A DNA stretch of 64,000 nt from Tubulanus polymorphus (Eukaryota; Animalia; Nemertea), in assembly GCF_964204645.1 (NCBI RefSeq), contig NC_134030.1:8103122-8167121 (forward strand), in the 5' to 3' direction. The notes beneath the pieces are model-generated. The model had not been told where the DNA came from and did no database searches. It worked only from the letters and a program-made list of their open reading frames with translations. A program made the position numbers and the translations under genes. This document shows positions 27,569 through 53,200 of the stretch, piece after piece (within the stretch, counting starts at the first letter, position 1; each line of letters starts with the position of its first letter).

Positions 27569-27788
27569 ATAAGATTCATTCATTCATTCATTCATTCATT
27601 TAAATACTCCATCCAGCACACTCGCATTCGCGAGTATTTTTTGGAGCGTGCGCGTCTGTGTTAGAAGAGAAAGAAAAAGGGTGTGCACGGAAAATCCGAG
27701 ATGCTTCTGGCTCGCTCTACCAACACAATTTAAAATGAAAGTAGGCCTATGTAAATTTCAGGTACTGCAAGCTCCACTGGCCGCAATA

Positions 27789-29445
27789 ATGAGTTCAGCT
27801 AAATCGGAATGTAAAGAATGTCACGAATTGGACTTGTTCGGAAACGATGATCCGAAAAAGGACACTAAAAAAATATCGAAACGAGGATGGCTTATATTGA
27901 GTGTGTCTGGGGTTGCTTTCGGAACATTTTATGCCGTTGCGACTCCGTTCGTGATGCCAGCTTTACGGAAAATATGCTTGCCATATGTTCCAGCAACATC
28001 GAAACAAGTCAGAAATGTGATTAAACTGCTGAAAAGTTCATCCTGCTCAACTGCAAGCGCGAAAAAAGTAATAGACCTCGGAAGTGGAGATGGAAGAATA
28101 GTTAGTACATTTACTATTGATTTCAATAGTTTTCTCGGCCAAAGGTGGATGTGCAAATGATGGGTTTTACCAAAAAAGCTTATACTCGATTCTATCTTTG
28201 TGATACTCTTTTCTAAATATTTTTCTCAAAATTATTAGAAAAATACACAATTCATGGTTTTAGGCTAAAAAGATGACACCTTGAATCCTCCTAATCGGCT
28301 GGACTATTTTGTAAAGCTGCAATAAAATGTGTACCCGGGTGATCAGTTCATTTCTATGACTGCTGGGTCTGTTATGGTTAGCTTGATCATGATTCGTTAT
28401 TTAATGTATCTGGGAGACAGTTAAGCGGGTCAACTTTTTTAAGGGAAAGCAAGGTATCAATTTTTTAGCCTAAATACGCAGTAATCAAAATAAGTGAACC
28501 TTAAACTGGATTTTTAGGGCCTAAGTTTTGTCATGAACCACCATGAGATTTAAGATTTATGATTTATCTCTAGTGTTTGGTATAGTTAGTTTTGATAAGT
28601 GATTTGTTTACCCTTACTAAAAAGAAAAAGTTTTATATTGGTTCTAAATCAAAGGAATTCAATATCTGAAAAATAGCATTACTAGACAAAAGGCATCATC
28701 AATAATTGACATATGAGCTAGTCTGAACGTAAAGCACTTGCTCTCACTGTTCAATGATTACAAAAAGTCACAAAAACGTTCATCGCTTGTATTGTAGGTT
28801 ATCGATGTAGCTAAACAAGGATACCAGGCAGCAGGCGTTGAATTGAACCCATGGCTTGTCATGTATTCCAAGTGGAACTCGTGGAGAGAAAATGTACATA
28901 GACATACACAATTTTACAGGAGCGATCTTTGGAAGGTGAATATTTCAAAACCGTTTCCTCGAAATTTTGCAAAACAAAAGGACTACGTGTATTTTGTTTC
29001 TTTGAATTTTAAGAAAATTTACTCAAATTTGTAGATGAACCTTTCTGGATACGGTCATGTCGTGATATTTGGTGTTGAACAAATGGTGAGATTTTCAGTA
29101 TTTTCACTAGTCCACTAGAAACTTTGAGGGTAATAAGAAAGATTTAGGCTTGTAATACCTAACACTGAGATCCCAGTGTTGTCTTCGGTGTTGTCCCAGT
29201 GTGTATCTGATTCTGTATCAGATCCGTTACCAGTTTTTTCATGTTGTACAAACATCAAACAAACATGTTTTTCACTTTCATATCTATATTTTTAGATGCC
29301 TGACCTTGAAAAGAAATTAGCTAAAGAACTGAATGATAAGGGATATGTAATCGCTTGTAGATTTCCACTTCCGACCTGGCGACCTATTCAAACAATAGAC
29401 GAAGGCATTGATACAGTGTGGCTTTACGAAAAACCAAATAGATGA
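27789..29445 (+). CDS. ATPSCKMT: FAM173-family mitochondrial lysine methyltransferase (ATPSCKMT/FAM173B-like), 4 coding exons
   Basis: Exons 27789-28100, 28798-28935, 29035-29085, 29296-29445; [46 protein letters not shown]. Confidence 0.92.
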
Positions 29446-30006
29446 TATATTTACTTATAATTGTATGATTAAATGAAATAAATTCTACTATGTTATGTGT
29501 TTAATTCATTTGTTTGTGATATTAGGGTTCAACAAGGCAAATTCCTTTTGAAACCACCTTTGGGATCTGGTTCTGCAAGTCCAAAGTTCTAGCCAATTCA
29601 ATGATAATCCATGACCCCAAGTCCTAATTCCCAAGTTGTGCGGCTAGTCAAAGAAACCTCTTGGGGCAACATTTTGGTAGGGGGGTGCGGGACCCAATAT
29701 TGGCTTTCTTATCCCTCCAATGCAATGGATGTTAGGCAAAGGACTTTGAGGGAACGATGGAACGAGCCTTGTAGCTCGTCGCATATTTTAGCCCCAATTA
29801 TCAAAAGTAAATAATGTATTTTTGCTATTATACTTTATAGCCTCGCACCGGTGTAACCCCGCAGCCCCCGAATGCGTCCGTGCAGCTGTCTGTACGGCGT
29901 CAACCTTCCACGGCTCTATCCGCAATAACTGAAGAACTGAATACACACACCGCATATACGGAAACTTTTACGTCCTTTTAATCAACGGTTTTCGTTAAAA
30001 TTATCG

Positions 30007-40977
<10,971 letters not shown>

Positions 40978-41316
40978 TAGTAGAACTTGACGAACGTAGA
41001 AGTTGTTGTCAATTTTGTTTTTATGATGGGATGAAATTTTATATAGATATAATAAATAACGTGCCGCGTTATGAGTACACTTAACATTTAGGCATTTTTC
41101 TGTATGTAATGTAATTCAAGTGTATGTTGTGCATGTATTGTTTCATCGACACATCCTTTTACGTAATTATCGGGAAACTGGAGTCACCAGCTATTGCACT
41201 ACACTGCGCAACTAACAGTCAGTTTTTCAATCAACTTTGAATTGGATTTTGACCCCAAAACCCGATATTTGTCAAACGAGCCATCAATAAGGTTGACTGC
41301 TCTACATTCGGTTTAA

Positions 41317-41647
41317 CCCTTTCAGTGCTGACTAATTGATACCCAAAAGCTGCCATCTTTCGTTGGAGACAAAAACTAGTGGAACCTCGTTTTAACGACT
41401 TCAGTTGTTAGAATTTATCGGTTATAACAAACCTAGAATTTTGTCCCTAATACTACAATATCAATTACTTTCATACTGGATATAATGAACTATCAGTTAT
41501 AATGAACATATTTTCTGGTCCCCTGAAGTTTATGTAACGAGGTTCCACTGAAGTTACTCATAACATCAATAAACTCTGATGTGGTGTACTTGCAAAATCC
41601 ATAATTGATTCATACACTGCACTGCGGTGTAGACGTACTGTAAGGGT
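41317..41647. mobile_element. Decayed piggyBac-type MITE with nested Tc1-type MITE (~41378-41550)
   Basis: Ends match 33369-33654; internal AGTGGAACCTCGTT...AACGAGGTTCCACTG. Confidence 0.65.
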
Positions 41648-43234
41648 TTGAGTGTAAGAACCTGATGCAGAGAAGACACGACTGTTGGCAGTTTGGCGAG
41701 TGAAATCCCTGTTTGCCACTTTTCTGTTGCTCCGGATAACCAATTTCGACATCAAATTTTCAAAGGATGTGTGGAAATTATTATTATTGGAAAAAAATTC
41801 GGACTGGTAAATCGATTAGCTTTACTTGTGGGTAAGAAAATATCTCTGGAATGATATTCTTTTCACCTAGTCATATTAAGCATTAAGTTTTTTTTTTCTA
41901 GTTTTGTATGATAACGTCTTATACCGAAACCCCTTCCCCGAAATTGTGATGATCTCAAATTATTTTTATTGACTGAACAGAAATGTATAAGAAAGTGTTC
42001 TCGACAGATTGTTTGTTATTGTACATGTATGAGAAGGGTTTTAAAGGCACAATGCATTGTCTTATTCATTCTGTAATCTTTAGATTATCAATGCCAATCG
42101 ACTACTGAATTTCTCTGTAATTGTGTACATAGTAAAATGGTATTAAAGGCTGTATATATGTACTTAAAATATATCACTGAATCTGCGTCTCTTCAGTTTT
42201 CTCGATGTTGTTGCATCAACGGGGTGCAGGATCCTATAGTAGCATGTGCGAATCCAAGGGTACTTGTACAAGTCCATCAAAAATCTCTTTTCTATTTTTC
42301 CAACTAAGATGATATTTGGTCCATTTCTTTGTGGACGCCAAAGTGCCCTTTCGAGGATGTGACAAGTTCTTCAAAATTGGCCCCTCAATGCCTGAGAACA
42401 TGTACACATGATACATGTATTGCCTTTTTGGACATCTAACTGCCTCGTATTGGCCTCTCGATCCACCCCCGAGTAGATCAAGAGTAGTCAATCTATTTTT
42501 TCAGGCATCACGGGAGTTGGCTTGTCAACTAGTGGATAGTAATTTCATTGTTGCCGGTACCATAGTCTTTATCTGATTGTTAACTTACCCAACATCTGAA
42601 CTGAATTCCAGAATTCTACTAGAAGTGGTGAAAGCCCTAGCCTTTTGGATTTTGACCTCCGTTAATGAGTACTGGGGTAAGTAAGATAATGGTGGCTGAA
42701 CCAGACAACAAGATGGCGGTCATGCTGTGACATATTTTTCAGAAATAAGGCCAATCACTGGTAAATTGTCAACAGCCCTCGTCTTTCCTGGCTATTATTT
42801 TACCTCCAAGTACTGGTTCCAATCGAGTAGATTCCAATCACAGTCAAATCACATATCGCAAATAAAAATACCGGAAGAAGGAAATTGGCAATGAATTCTT
42901 CAGTAACCAGGATATTAATGTATTTATAAGCTATTAAAACATCACTTATGACATCGGATCACAAACCCATTCGATTAGACGCTTATCACAGATAAATGTA
43001 CATAAAATACATGCAATTTTACAACACGAAAAACTAAAGGGGTCGGTGAGTGTTTTTAAAGTACATTGTCAATCCTTAGAAATAAATTGAGAAAATAGAG
43101 ATTATAGTTCACGTACACTTAAAAACTCGATAGTAGGTTCAGCGAATGATTTTGTAACTACAAGGTAGCATCTTAAGCACTACTTCAGTTAAGACGTTAC
43201 AACATCTTTTTACAGAAATCTTCTAAATCATTCT

Positions 43235-46200
43235 TTATAAATGAAACATTAGGCTATGACCTTCCTTCGCCGCGCTGATCACTTTGTACTTCAAATATTC
43301 GAGCTTCTCTTTTTCAGGGACTCGACGCCAACAGTGTTGATTTACCTAGAATAAAGAATAAATAGAATCAAAGACAAGAAAACTAACTTGTAAGTTTTAT
43401 TGATGCCTATGAATAATGTAATATAAATCATATAATATTAAGAACCAAAAGTGATTTTGAATATATCGATAATTGAAGGACTGGCAATCAATGTATATAA
43501 ACACTATTGTAACGGTTTCAAAGCGTCAAAATACAGCCATCGCCAGTTTTACAACTACTGAATACAATTTCGCTTAAAAAGAAAATTTTTAATTTCCCAT
43601 ACTTACCATGAGAGAATGTATGCCATTGGCATGAAGGGTATCAACCATCTGGGCGTACGGTCCGAGCAATTGACCCGTGTTTTCGAGGAAGTGTCTTTTG
43701 TCGAGTACACAAACTCCAACCCTGAAATAACGTCATGTACAACTTCAGATCAACGTACAAACCTGGTTCCCCCATAACACCATCGAAAGAGTCTGCTAAT
43801 TGCGTTAAGGGCAGATGTCGCTCGATTCAAGATCAGTTACATACCTCTTAACATCAGCTGAAGAATGCTGACTGAGATTCAATGCTTCAATCTCTAAATA
43901 AAAGAAAAGAAGAATTCTCGATGAACCGGAACACATTTTAAAGTACAGTACAACACGGTGAACGAACTCTTTGAAATGAAATTCAACTTACCATGTAATG
44001 GTGACGACAATATATTAGAAACCTCTACGCGAACTGGCTGTAAGTGATCGTCTAGCATCAGTAAATGATCTGAAAATTGCATACATGAAACAAGTTAGTA
44101 GAGGTAATCAAATTCTCGGAAGAATTCACTCGCAGAACACAGTCAGAACGTTGCGACTTACCTAACAGTACTCCGCGATGAAACACTGAGTTATGCACGT
44201 AGTCGTTACCGCCGAACAAAAACTCGAGAGGTTTCTGTAAAATGTCCCACCGCGAATAATAATCCAACGCCTGTCGCAACCACGTCAAATCTCTACGAAA
44301 TAACAGGGGAAACATCAACAATAAATAGGATATTTCTTTTATAAATGTAAAAACCTTAACCGGTTGAAATTTATAACATTTTGCCATAATCCCGATGAGA
44401 TTTATGGCCTTTTAAGTAGTGCAAAAGGGTAAGCGTAGTTTTGATTGTATATTCACACTTTTTCAAAGGGAAAGACACTTACCCCAATTTCTTATCGGGA
44501 ACAAGGCCCTGTTTAACGAGCAACAGTAGAATCGATGATTTATGGACAATATCTTGCTTATCTTCTTCCCAAATGTCGGCAGACTGTAGATCCTGGCTGA
44601 TATACGCTTGTAGTTGGTCGAGCAGACCGGGCAACCAAGGCACTCGACACCCCAACATCAGTAAGTATAAACTAGTTTCCAGCAATAAACCTGCAAAATA
44701 TACGATTACGTCCTTAAACTTATCTTGCAAACATGTGATGATCTCAATATCTGGATTTCATTGAGACATTAAATAGCTGAAAAATGGATATTTCAAAGGG
44801 TATATAGCTGCCTCCAAACCCTGCTTTGTTCATTTACATCTAATTACTACTATTGATTTGATCATGTTTTCTGAATTTCTGTGATTTTCAGTCAGTTCAT
44901 CATAAACAATGAATTTCATACGTGTCTAATCTAGAGGAAGTAGTTCATTGTCTAGTTGATGTTATAGTGGTAGCAGTAGGATTATCTGGTTATCATTTCA
45001 ACAGATGCCCAATTATCGTTCGACCAGCAAAAATTAGGGTAACTCCACCAAAGCTAGGAAGGGTTATGAAAATGATCTATTTTTATACCTTTGTTCGGCA
45101 TCTTTAAGAATTCATCCGGATCTAGTTTGCTACACTGAATATCGACGGCTGAACAGATATCCGCGTGGCGTATATTCATCATCACGAGAGGACTGATAAC
45201 CATTTTCAACTGACCGATCGTACATCCATCCAATAGTTCACCTATGCAACCGTCGTCCTTCAACAAGTCGATGTACTTTGGTAACGAGCGCACCGGCGCG
45301 AAATGACATTGCACCAACAAGTCGAGGAGGCGAATCAAACCGGGCAGGTGCACGTTTTTATGAGACAAGAACATGTCGATCGCGTTGAACGTATCGAAAT
45401 TATAAATCTGAAGCTCGCGACACGCTTCCAAAACGGCCTCGACGTCGCCGAGCGTCAGGAAACCTTTCTTCAGCTGGAAGCGGATCTTTTTCAGGCAGAC
45501 GCGCGTGACGATCTCGTCACGGATCGCGTTGCGACGCAGCACGTTCAACAGCATGACCGGCTTCGTGAATTTGTCGCTTTCGCGTTGGTTCAAGATGGCT
45601 TCCATGACTTTCTCGATGTGCGACGTCGCCAGGTCGGGTCCGTAGATCCACAACAAGTTCGACAACTGGCGTATATCTAGAAGGTGAAGTTCTTTGAACA
45701 GATTGTTGCGCACAGCCTCGGCGGCTAGTTTATGCAGCACTTTCGTCCGTTTCGCTGGTTTCATCTTACCGAGCACGAATCCAAGGTGGACGAGTTGATG
45801 CAAACGGAGATCGTTGACGACGTGATTGGCCAGTTCGAGAAAAACCTGCAACACCGTGTGACCGGCGTCGAAACGCAAATAACTCAAATACGTGATCAAA
45901 TTCAAAACGTCGCTTGCTACGTAAAACGGTCCAAGTTTCGCGACGAGCATCGTCAAAAGTTGAAAAGTCGGGTCGACCATTAGTTTATCGAGAAAAGGTT
46001 TCCGCTCGCTGGGAAGCATGTCGCGTACGGTTTTATATATCGACTCCATTGCCGACAACATGTGCTCTTTGACCATAGTTTTATGATGAAGCGAAACGAT
46101 CGACAGGACGACCGACGTGTCGGGAGCCGATTTAATCGCGCGTTCCAACGCGTCGATGTAAACATGCGGTTCGACCTCGTTCAGATGCGGTATGCCGCGC

Positions 46201-46768
46201 AGATAGTTTGTGTCGAGCGCGTAGTTTTCCGGCACCGAGATCACTTCGCTTTCCATCGGAGTCTTGATGGTGATCGCCGCTTTTTCGGTTTTCATGTCAT
46301 CTTTCGGCGGTTCGTCGGATCCGGTGCTGAAGTACCTGGGTTTCTGTAACGAATGACGAGCACCCGATTTAACCGGGCTCGTCAGACGCAACGAATATCT
46401 GAGAACCCGGTTATTTCCAGCTGCTGCGCCCTTCTTGCTGCTGCCACAGTTGAAAATGTATTTCGAACACCTAACGGTGAAAATATTCCGAATCGTTGAT
46501 GATCTGGAAATAAAGATTATATTGAATTTTATGAGCATATGCCACGGATAGGCAGTAGGTCTTCTCATTGTTTATTTCGGTAATTAGTCGGTCTCTTTTT
46601 TAAACCTCAGATACGATATGTCTTGAGAATAAGATGCATAAAAGATATGTAAAATTACATTCTCCGTAAATATGGAATATTTCTGGATGTCTCGATTTCT
46701 AGAAAATAGTTAAACGACGATTAAAACTTTTTATCTTACCTAGAAAATAAAACCATGGGCGCGGCCAT
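43235..46768 (-). CDS. FAST kinase domain-containing mitochondrial RNA-binding protein with C-terminal RAP domain, 8 exons
   Basis: Exons 46768-46740, 46503-45089, 44690-44483, 44292-44162, 44069-43992, 43893-43845, 43721-43607, 43345-43235, phase-consistent; MAAP start with basic presequence, Leu-rich helical repeats, RAP-like end (RVGVCVLDKRHF...LLG...VNQHCW...EKLEYLK). Paralogue not assigned. Confidence 0.8.
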
Positions 46769-47237
46769 TTTGTGTAGGATGTTTAATGACAAAAGTTGAA
46801 AATGTAGAATATTGAATATTGATCGAAAAATCAACAATTTATTATTTAGCGTCATTCTTTGAGTCAGGGCCCATAAATTGTACACAGAAATTAAATTGCA
46901 TTCATGATAAGGCTAATGTTTCATACATTAGGATCTTGACCTTGAGTCTTGAGGACGTTCCAAAATTAATGGGAGCCTGACAAACAAATTCTCAAAGTCT
47001 ACGTCACGCAGATATTCTTACATAAATATCTTTTATAAGAAAACAAAACAAATATTTGTAAATGTATTGAGAAAATTTCTAATTTTCTTCGTTCCGTCAT
47101 TTTCCACGAGCCTTCATCCATGTAGGTCATGTGGCTATCATGTGACCTATTTATGTTTATTTTTCGAAGCTCTGTAGTGTGACTGAGGTGCGACACAGTG
47201 AATTGCGCGCTAAATCGTCGTCGTGAACCATTCAAGC
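46769..47237. promoter_or_regulatory. Probable bidirectional promoter between the FASTK-family gene and NPL
   Basis: Divergent start codons ~470 bp apart; depends on the tentative NPL first exon. Confidence 0.45.
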
Positions 47238-50200
47238 ATGGAGAAGGTATTGATGAATTTAGTTTGATTTATGGTTTTACTGATTACAGGGCCTGGCAGT
47301 GGCGTGTGTGTCAGGGAAAAGATTTAAAAGCGCATTTGTGTTCAATCGTGATGGCGCCGCGGGCCTTCGCTTCCTTCATCAGCTGATTGATAGATTCACC
47401 ACCCACACACTTTCTGTGTGACTTCGGCGGGCCCTGGCCTTGCATCATTTCACTCCTTTAAGACACCATCTTTTGGGCACTTGCCTATTCATTTTTCAGT
47501 GCTCATTTTACCCCGGATGCAGTTGGCCCGGAAAAGGGTAATTTCTGTAAAAACGGAAATGGTCTAACTGCAGTTTGGGTCACCTATCCACTGGGTGGCG
47601 CTAGTGTTATTAAAGAATAGTGTTATGGTAAGGTTAGGTACATAACCATTAGGGACACCTAAACTGCAGTCATACCGGTGAGGCAATATGTAGTTAAAAC
47701 ATTCGACCGACTGTCAGCGAGCTTGGTGGTCTAGTGGAATGATGCTGCACTAGTAATTTACTAGCCCGGGTTTGAGTCTCGCTCGATCCGCTATTTTTTC
47801 TAACTATTCTCCACACTTTTCTTGAATTTTCTAAGTCGTGCACCTCTGTACGCATGCGCGGCGTTAATCGGCCAATCAGCGACAGTTATTAGCGTACAGA
47901 TCCAAGTTCCGTACGAATAGCCTCCAGAGTAATCCGTACGAGTAGCCACAGCGAATTATTAATGTAAAGGGCACTGCCACAATTTCTTTCTAAAATTTTT
48001 TTTATTTTTTGGTTTACCTATGTTATGGCTGTTGGTTGGCAGTCTGCCAAGAGTATGTTAAATCGTGGCACAAAATTTAGTGGTTATACTTACGGCGTAG
48101 TCTTTTATGGTGAAGCAAGTAGAATTGATGCGCGGAGGTCAGGCCGGTAAGCTTCGAACGGCTGATGCAATATTTTTCGAGAAAAACGCGATAAACATCG
48201 AAAATTCTTCGCTTTCTATAAGTTACTTGTGTTGACCTATATTTGTGTTTCCGACGTGAATACGGGAAATTCTCGGAATTTCCGGGAATTTCGGCACCTC
48301 TGACATAATTTTGGGAGTCACAAAATGGTGAGCAATTCATTTGACATTCGTGCCGTGCTTAGTTCGCTTCGAGTTTGTTCATTGGTGAGGATTATAATGG
48401 AGTCGGCTATCTAATTTAGCGTCTCGAATTTAGTAAGTGTGGCAATTTCTATAGTCCTAGCTTGGCTTTGACTACAAAATACATTCCTTCTTTGAAAAAG
48501 TAATAGACGATGGCGCCAGCCCGAGCCGGCGGTGATAACAACGTTTTTGGAGAGAGGCCAGTCGACAAATGTTTGGCATCGTTGTGTTGAAATGAGAGTT
48601 AATTGGTCCACACAGTTGTGTGCGCTTTTTCATTTGCTATTGCCATAGGCTAATAAGTGTGTTTGACGATGTTTTTGCGGTATAATGGCATTCTTCGCGT
48701 AACAGCGCATACACGTTAAAATCCGCGCACTACGTAAATCAGCTGATCCATATATCTAACATACGTTTATAGAAAGTGTATGTACGCCCTGTATTCACGT
48801 GTATACACTCGCGCTGCACTACTTCGCTCTCCTAGCGCGTATTATAAATACTGTCATACGCTGTCTGTTCCTAAGAAAGAAAGTGTGCTTCTCTTTTAAT
48901 TTCGTTAGATACTTCGTCGATGGATACTTATCTTATTATGTATCTTAGTCAAGGTCTGGTAAAATCGCTGTTTATCACCGTGAAACCATAAAAATAATGT
49001 ATATTTATGCACTATACGTTACAGTATCTGGGTAAGCAAGGGAGTGGAATGTGTCCACTAAGTTCCATATACTCGAAAGGTCTTTAGATCTTCTAGGGTG
49101 GAAAATTTTCCGTTTTAAAAAACGGTTAATTGCCAATTAAGTTTTGTTGTTTTCTGTTTTTTTACCTGCATTTTCAGGAATATTCAGTTCAGAATGTTTG
49201 AGCTTGAGCTTTTTCAGAGACCTCAAGATTGTAGGGGACTCCCGCATGATAAAATATTCAACGTTTATTTGTTCTTTCAAAAAGTCTATAAATTATGGAA
49301 TGTCACTTTTCCATAAGTCAGATGAGCAAAACAGAATGAAATGAGTCCTATCAAGCACACTTTCTTTCTTAGGAACAGACAGCGTATGACAGTATTTGTG
49401 CTGCCTCATCATCTATTCCTAACTGCATTCAAGATGCTGTTTGAAACTGCTGGAATGATTGGATAGAGCATTGAACAAAATCTAAACCTAAAGGAAAATA
49501 TTGCCACATTCATCAGGAATAAAATGAGCTGTCAGGCTTAAGATGAGAATTTTGGAACTGTTTAATTGGCTTCCTGGATTTTTATGCTAAATACAAAGAA
49601 TTGCTACACGCAGCCAATATCAAATTTTGTGTCATGCTTCCTAGAGCCCTTATGGTTTTCTGGACATATTTAAACCAAAACTAACGGCCACGCAAGTGAA
49701 AATCAAAATGAATACATGTATAATTGTACATTCTTCTAGATAGTAGAAAGGTAAACCACTTTGCCTGTGGCAAATTATTTTTAGTATTTACCCTAAAAAT
49801 AGTTGATGACTGTTGGATATTACCTCCTTGTAGGCCTCGAGGCATTATGGCCTGGGACTGAGAATGGGGGATGGGTAGATGGATTGGGATGGTATAGCCT
49901 ACTGGTCTGAGGTCCGTTTAAGTTGAGGGATAGTAATGGTGCTTTTTGAAATTTTATAACAGGATCTTATGGAACACAATTTTTTGTTAGCCTATCAATA
50001 ACTGTCAAGCGTAATTTTTTTTGTTCACTTCTATAGTAGACTATACCATCACACCTTTAATGTATATTTACCATTTTATTTATGTTTCTTTAATATCTAT
50101 TTTAATTTTGCTCTTCCTATTTAGCCTAAACCTAAGCCACTGGAGCTGCATATGGTACTGTATCATTCACATACTTCGAAAAATAATCATTTTTCTTGGT

Positions 50201-53200
50201 GAAAAACTTTCCTAGGCTTTTTATCGAGTTAATTTCAATCAAAAAGTTTGAAACCAAGAGCTTTGATATTAAGAATTAAGAGAATTCGTCCTTGAATCAA
50301 ATTCATTGAATATTTGGAATATCACTGGTATAAGCTATTCAAGCTATTTGTGATGTCATTCTCCTTTCAAAAGTCTCAGCACTCTCCCTTACTTTAATCG
50401 CACCTATTCTTTCATAAGATACGCATGCCAGATATTTCATGCACTTGGCACTGTCATTCAAGTTTGGAGCTTTGGACTATTTTAGCACTTTGTTCATAGA
50501 TGTTTGCTCTTTCATGACCGGGTAAGATTGAGTCAAATAGGCCGATTGTTGAGAGTTGTGTCTCAGTCAACAGAAAATTTCATCTGTCACACCCAGTTCC
50601 ACAATTGTGAGTTAGAGATAACTCTGAGTTAAAGTTAGTTCGTTTTCAATGAGTTAACTCAGAGAGTTAAGTCAGAACTGTGGAACTGAATGATATGTGT
50701 TTCAATATGCTTTACATAAATTCCAAAACAGCCAGAATATCCAATTCCTTGTTCGGCTGAGGTTTGGTGAAGCAGTCATCCAGTTTCAGGAACCCACTGG
50801 TCACCGAAGTGTCATCCATTTTACTTTAATTTTAGATACATGAATTTCGTGTTGAAGGCCTCGTCGCAGCAGTCTTCACTCCTTTTCATGAAAATGGGTA
50901 AGTCATTGGGAATTAACAGTAGCATTTTGGAGTTGTCAGACTTAAATCTTTAGGTATGTACTTGATTATCATTTTGTAGGCAATTGAACCTGGATTTGAT
51001 TGACAAATATGTTGACCATTTACACAAAAGTCAAATTACGAACATATTCGGTAAGTAGATCTAAGGTTTTGTTATGATTCACCCCAGTCACTTCAGTTCA
51101 GTGCCTTCGAAGTTGCTTAAGTTGTGGTACAAATTGAAATGAAATGCTAGAAAACCATTTTTTGTGAATTCGATCTCCGGTCAAGCACTTGCCACTTGAA
51201 TACCCTGATAATAGATTGGGTACAAAGCTAAATGTACAGATTTGCCGCGAGATGACTTGCAGCTCCAATCAGATTTCCAGGTGTATAATCACCAGGGTAA
51301 TTTTCAGTAGTAAACTAAAACTTGAAAAAAAATGGGCTAAAATAAGATTTCCGATTGGCTAGACTACATCATCTTAGGTGCACGTAGCAGGTATCAGGCT
51401 CAACCCATTCAAGTAACCAAGGCCAGTTTAATGTAGTGTGAAACACTATTTATTCTCTTGTAGTTTGTGGTTGTACTGGTGAAGGGATGTCACTGTCAGT
51501 GGATGAGAGAAAATTAGTCGCGAAAAAATGGATTTCGTCGGGAAGAGAGAAGTAATGTTTCGATATGTATCTTGTTTGATGATACTTAACTAATCAATTA
51601 GATTCTTGAATGATATAACTGATATTTCCCGTATTTCAACGTAAATCTAGGTTGGATAAGATCATCATCCAAGTTGGAGCTCATAACTTAGAAGACTCGA
51701 AAGACCTTGCTGCGCATGCTCAAGAAATCGGAGCCGATGCTATTGCGTCATTACCATCATTGTTCTTCAAGCCGAATACAATAGGTCGGTTTCAACGCTT
51801 CTTTGGTATCATTTAAAATCAGTTCCCGATGAAAGTCATATTAGTATATCTATGGATAGTATATATTTGAAAGTGGTGTTTGTTATTAACTTCGACTTGA
51901 AGTCCATTCTGCGTGTTGACTAGTGATTCTCACTCTTCAACAAGACAGCGCTGTACCATAAACAATGATTTAAAGCTAAGACTTAAATTTCATGATAAAT
52001 GTAATGGTTCTTCTTTTTAGAAGGTATAGAATAGAAAATGTTATTCGTGTTATTTTTTAGATGATTTGATCGATTACTGTAAGGAGATCGCGAACCAGGC
52101 TTCAGACACGCCCTTCTACTATTACCATTTACCAGCTTTAACTGGTGTTACATGTGAGTAGATTCTGAGCGAGGCGATTTCCATAAATCATGGATACTAA
52201 CCTTATGATTGGGATTAAAGTTGCTTTCAATTTCATTTTGCTTTACTATTGGGGAACTGACATTGTTTCTCTGGCAGGATCACTACAATCGTTCTAGACA
52301 TATTCATTCGAAAAAATCTTATGATATTTTGCTTGGATATTAGTCAAAGTTTGCCATCCCAAAATAATTGTCTGTTTGAAATAACGCTGACCAAAGTTTT
52401 GATTGTGGAGTGGTAGGTGAGTAGGTGAACAAATTATAGCATAATTTTAGGGCTAAAGAATAGATATTTCATCATCTTATTTGCACTAAACACCATATCA
52501 CGAATCGAACAGACAAGTATTTCAGGATGGCCTTAGACAAACCAAACTTATTTTGTTCAATACTAGCATATGTCTTGAGTTAGCAATGTATCGTGGGTGA
52601 CCTACTATAGGGGTGGATCCAGCCATAAGTCAAGATCGCCTTTTTGGTTGAGAGGGTCACTTCATAAAGAAATAATCAGTATCCCTGGAGGATATGGACG
52701 AAGGCCACATAATGAAGGGCGAAGCCCTTCATGCCAGACTCCAAAGTAACTTTGGGCCTCTGTTGTTGAATTTCCAATACACGTAGATGCAATTTCAGAA
52801 CTATTAAGGATCTGTCCGAAGATAAACCAAACAGGCATTGTGATACTTCCGAATCATTTCAAGTATTGAGACAATGATCAGGTCACTCAGTTTTCTAGAC
52901 CATCTGGATCCGCCCCTGTACTATGTGTAAACGACTTTCAGTCATTACCAGTTCTTAAACCAGTTCCCCGTTTCAATCAATTTGATAGGACTCATTTCAT
53001 TCTGTTTTGCTCATCTGACTTATCGTCTATATCACCGCTATGCATGTTTCACTCTTGTGTTATATTTTGTGTTGCGTTGCCGTTCCGTCGCAGTTGATAT
53101 GGAAGACTTTTTTCGGGGAGCCCGCAAACGAATACCCACGTTACGTGGCGTGAAATTTAGCGATGCTAATTTTGATATGGTGTGTGGCGTTATGGAAATG

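Noticed and set aside
42234-42830. 85-aa ORF and nearby GC-richer patch between YME1L1 and the FASTK gene
   Set aside because: No recognisable motif or splice structure; possibly an old transposon fragment but unsupported.
45303-46349. Plus-strand ORFs opposite the large FASTK exon (similar cases at 36485, 54008, 56351)
   Set aside because: Antisense or alternate-frame shadows of real exons caused by codon bias.
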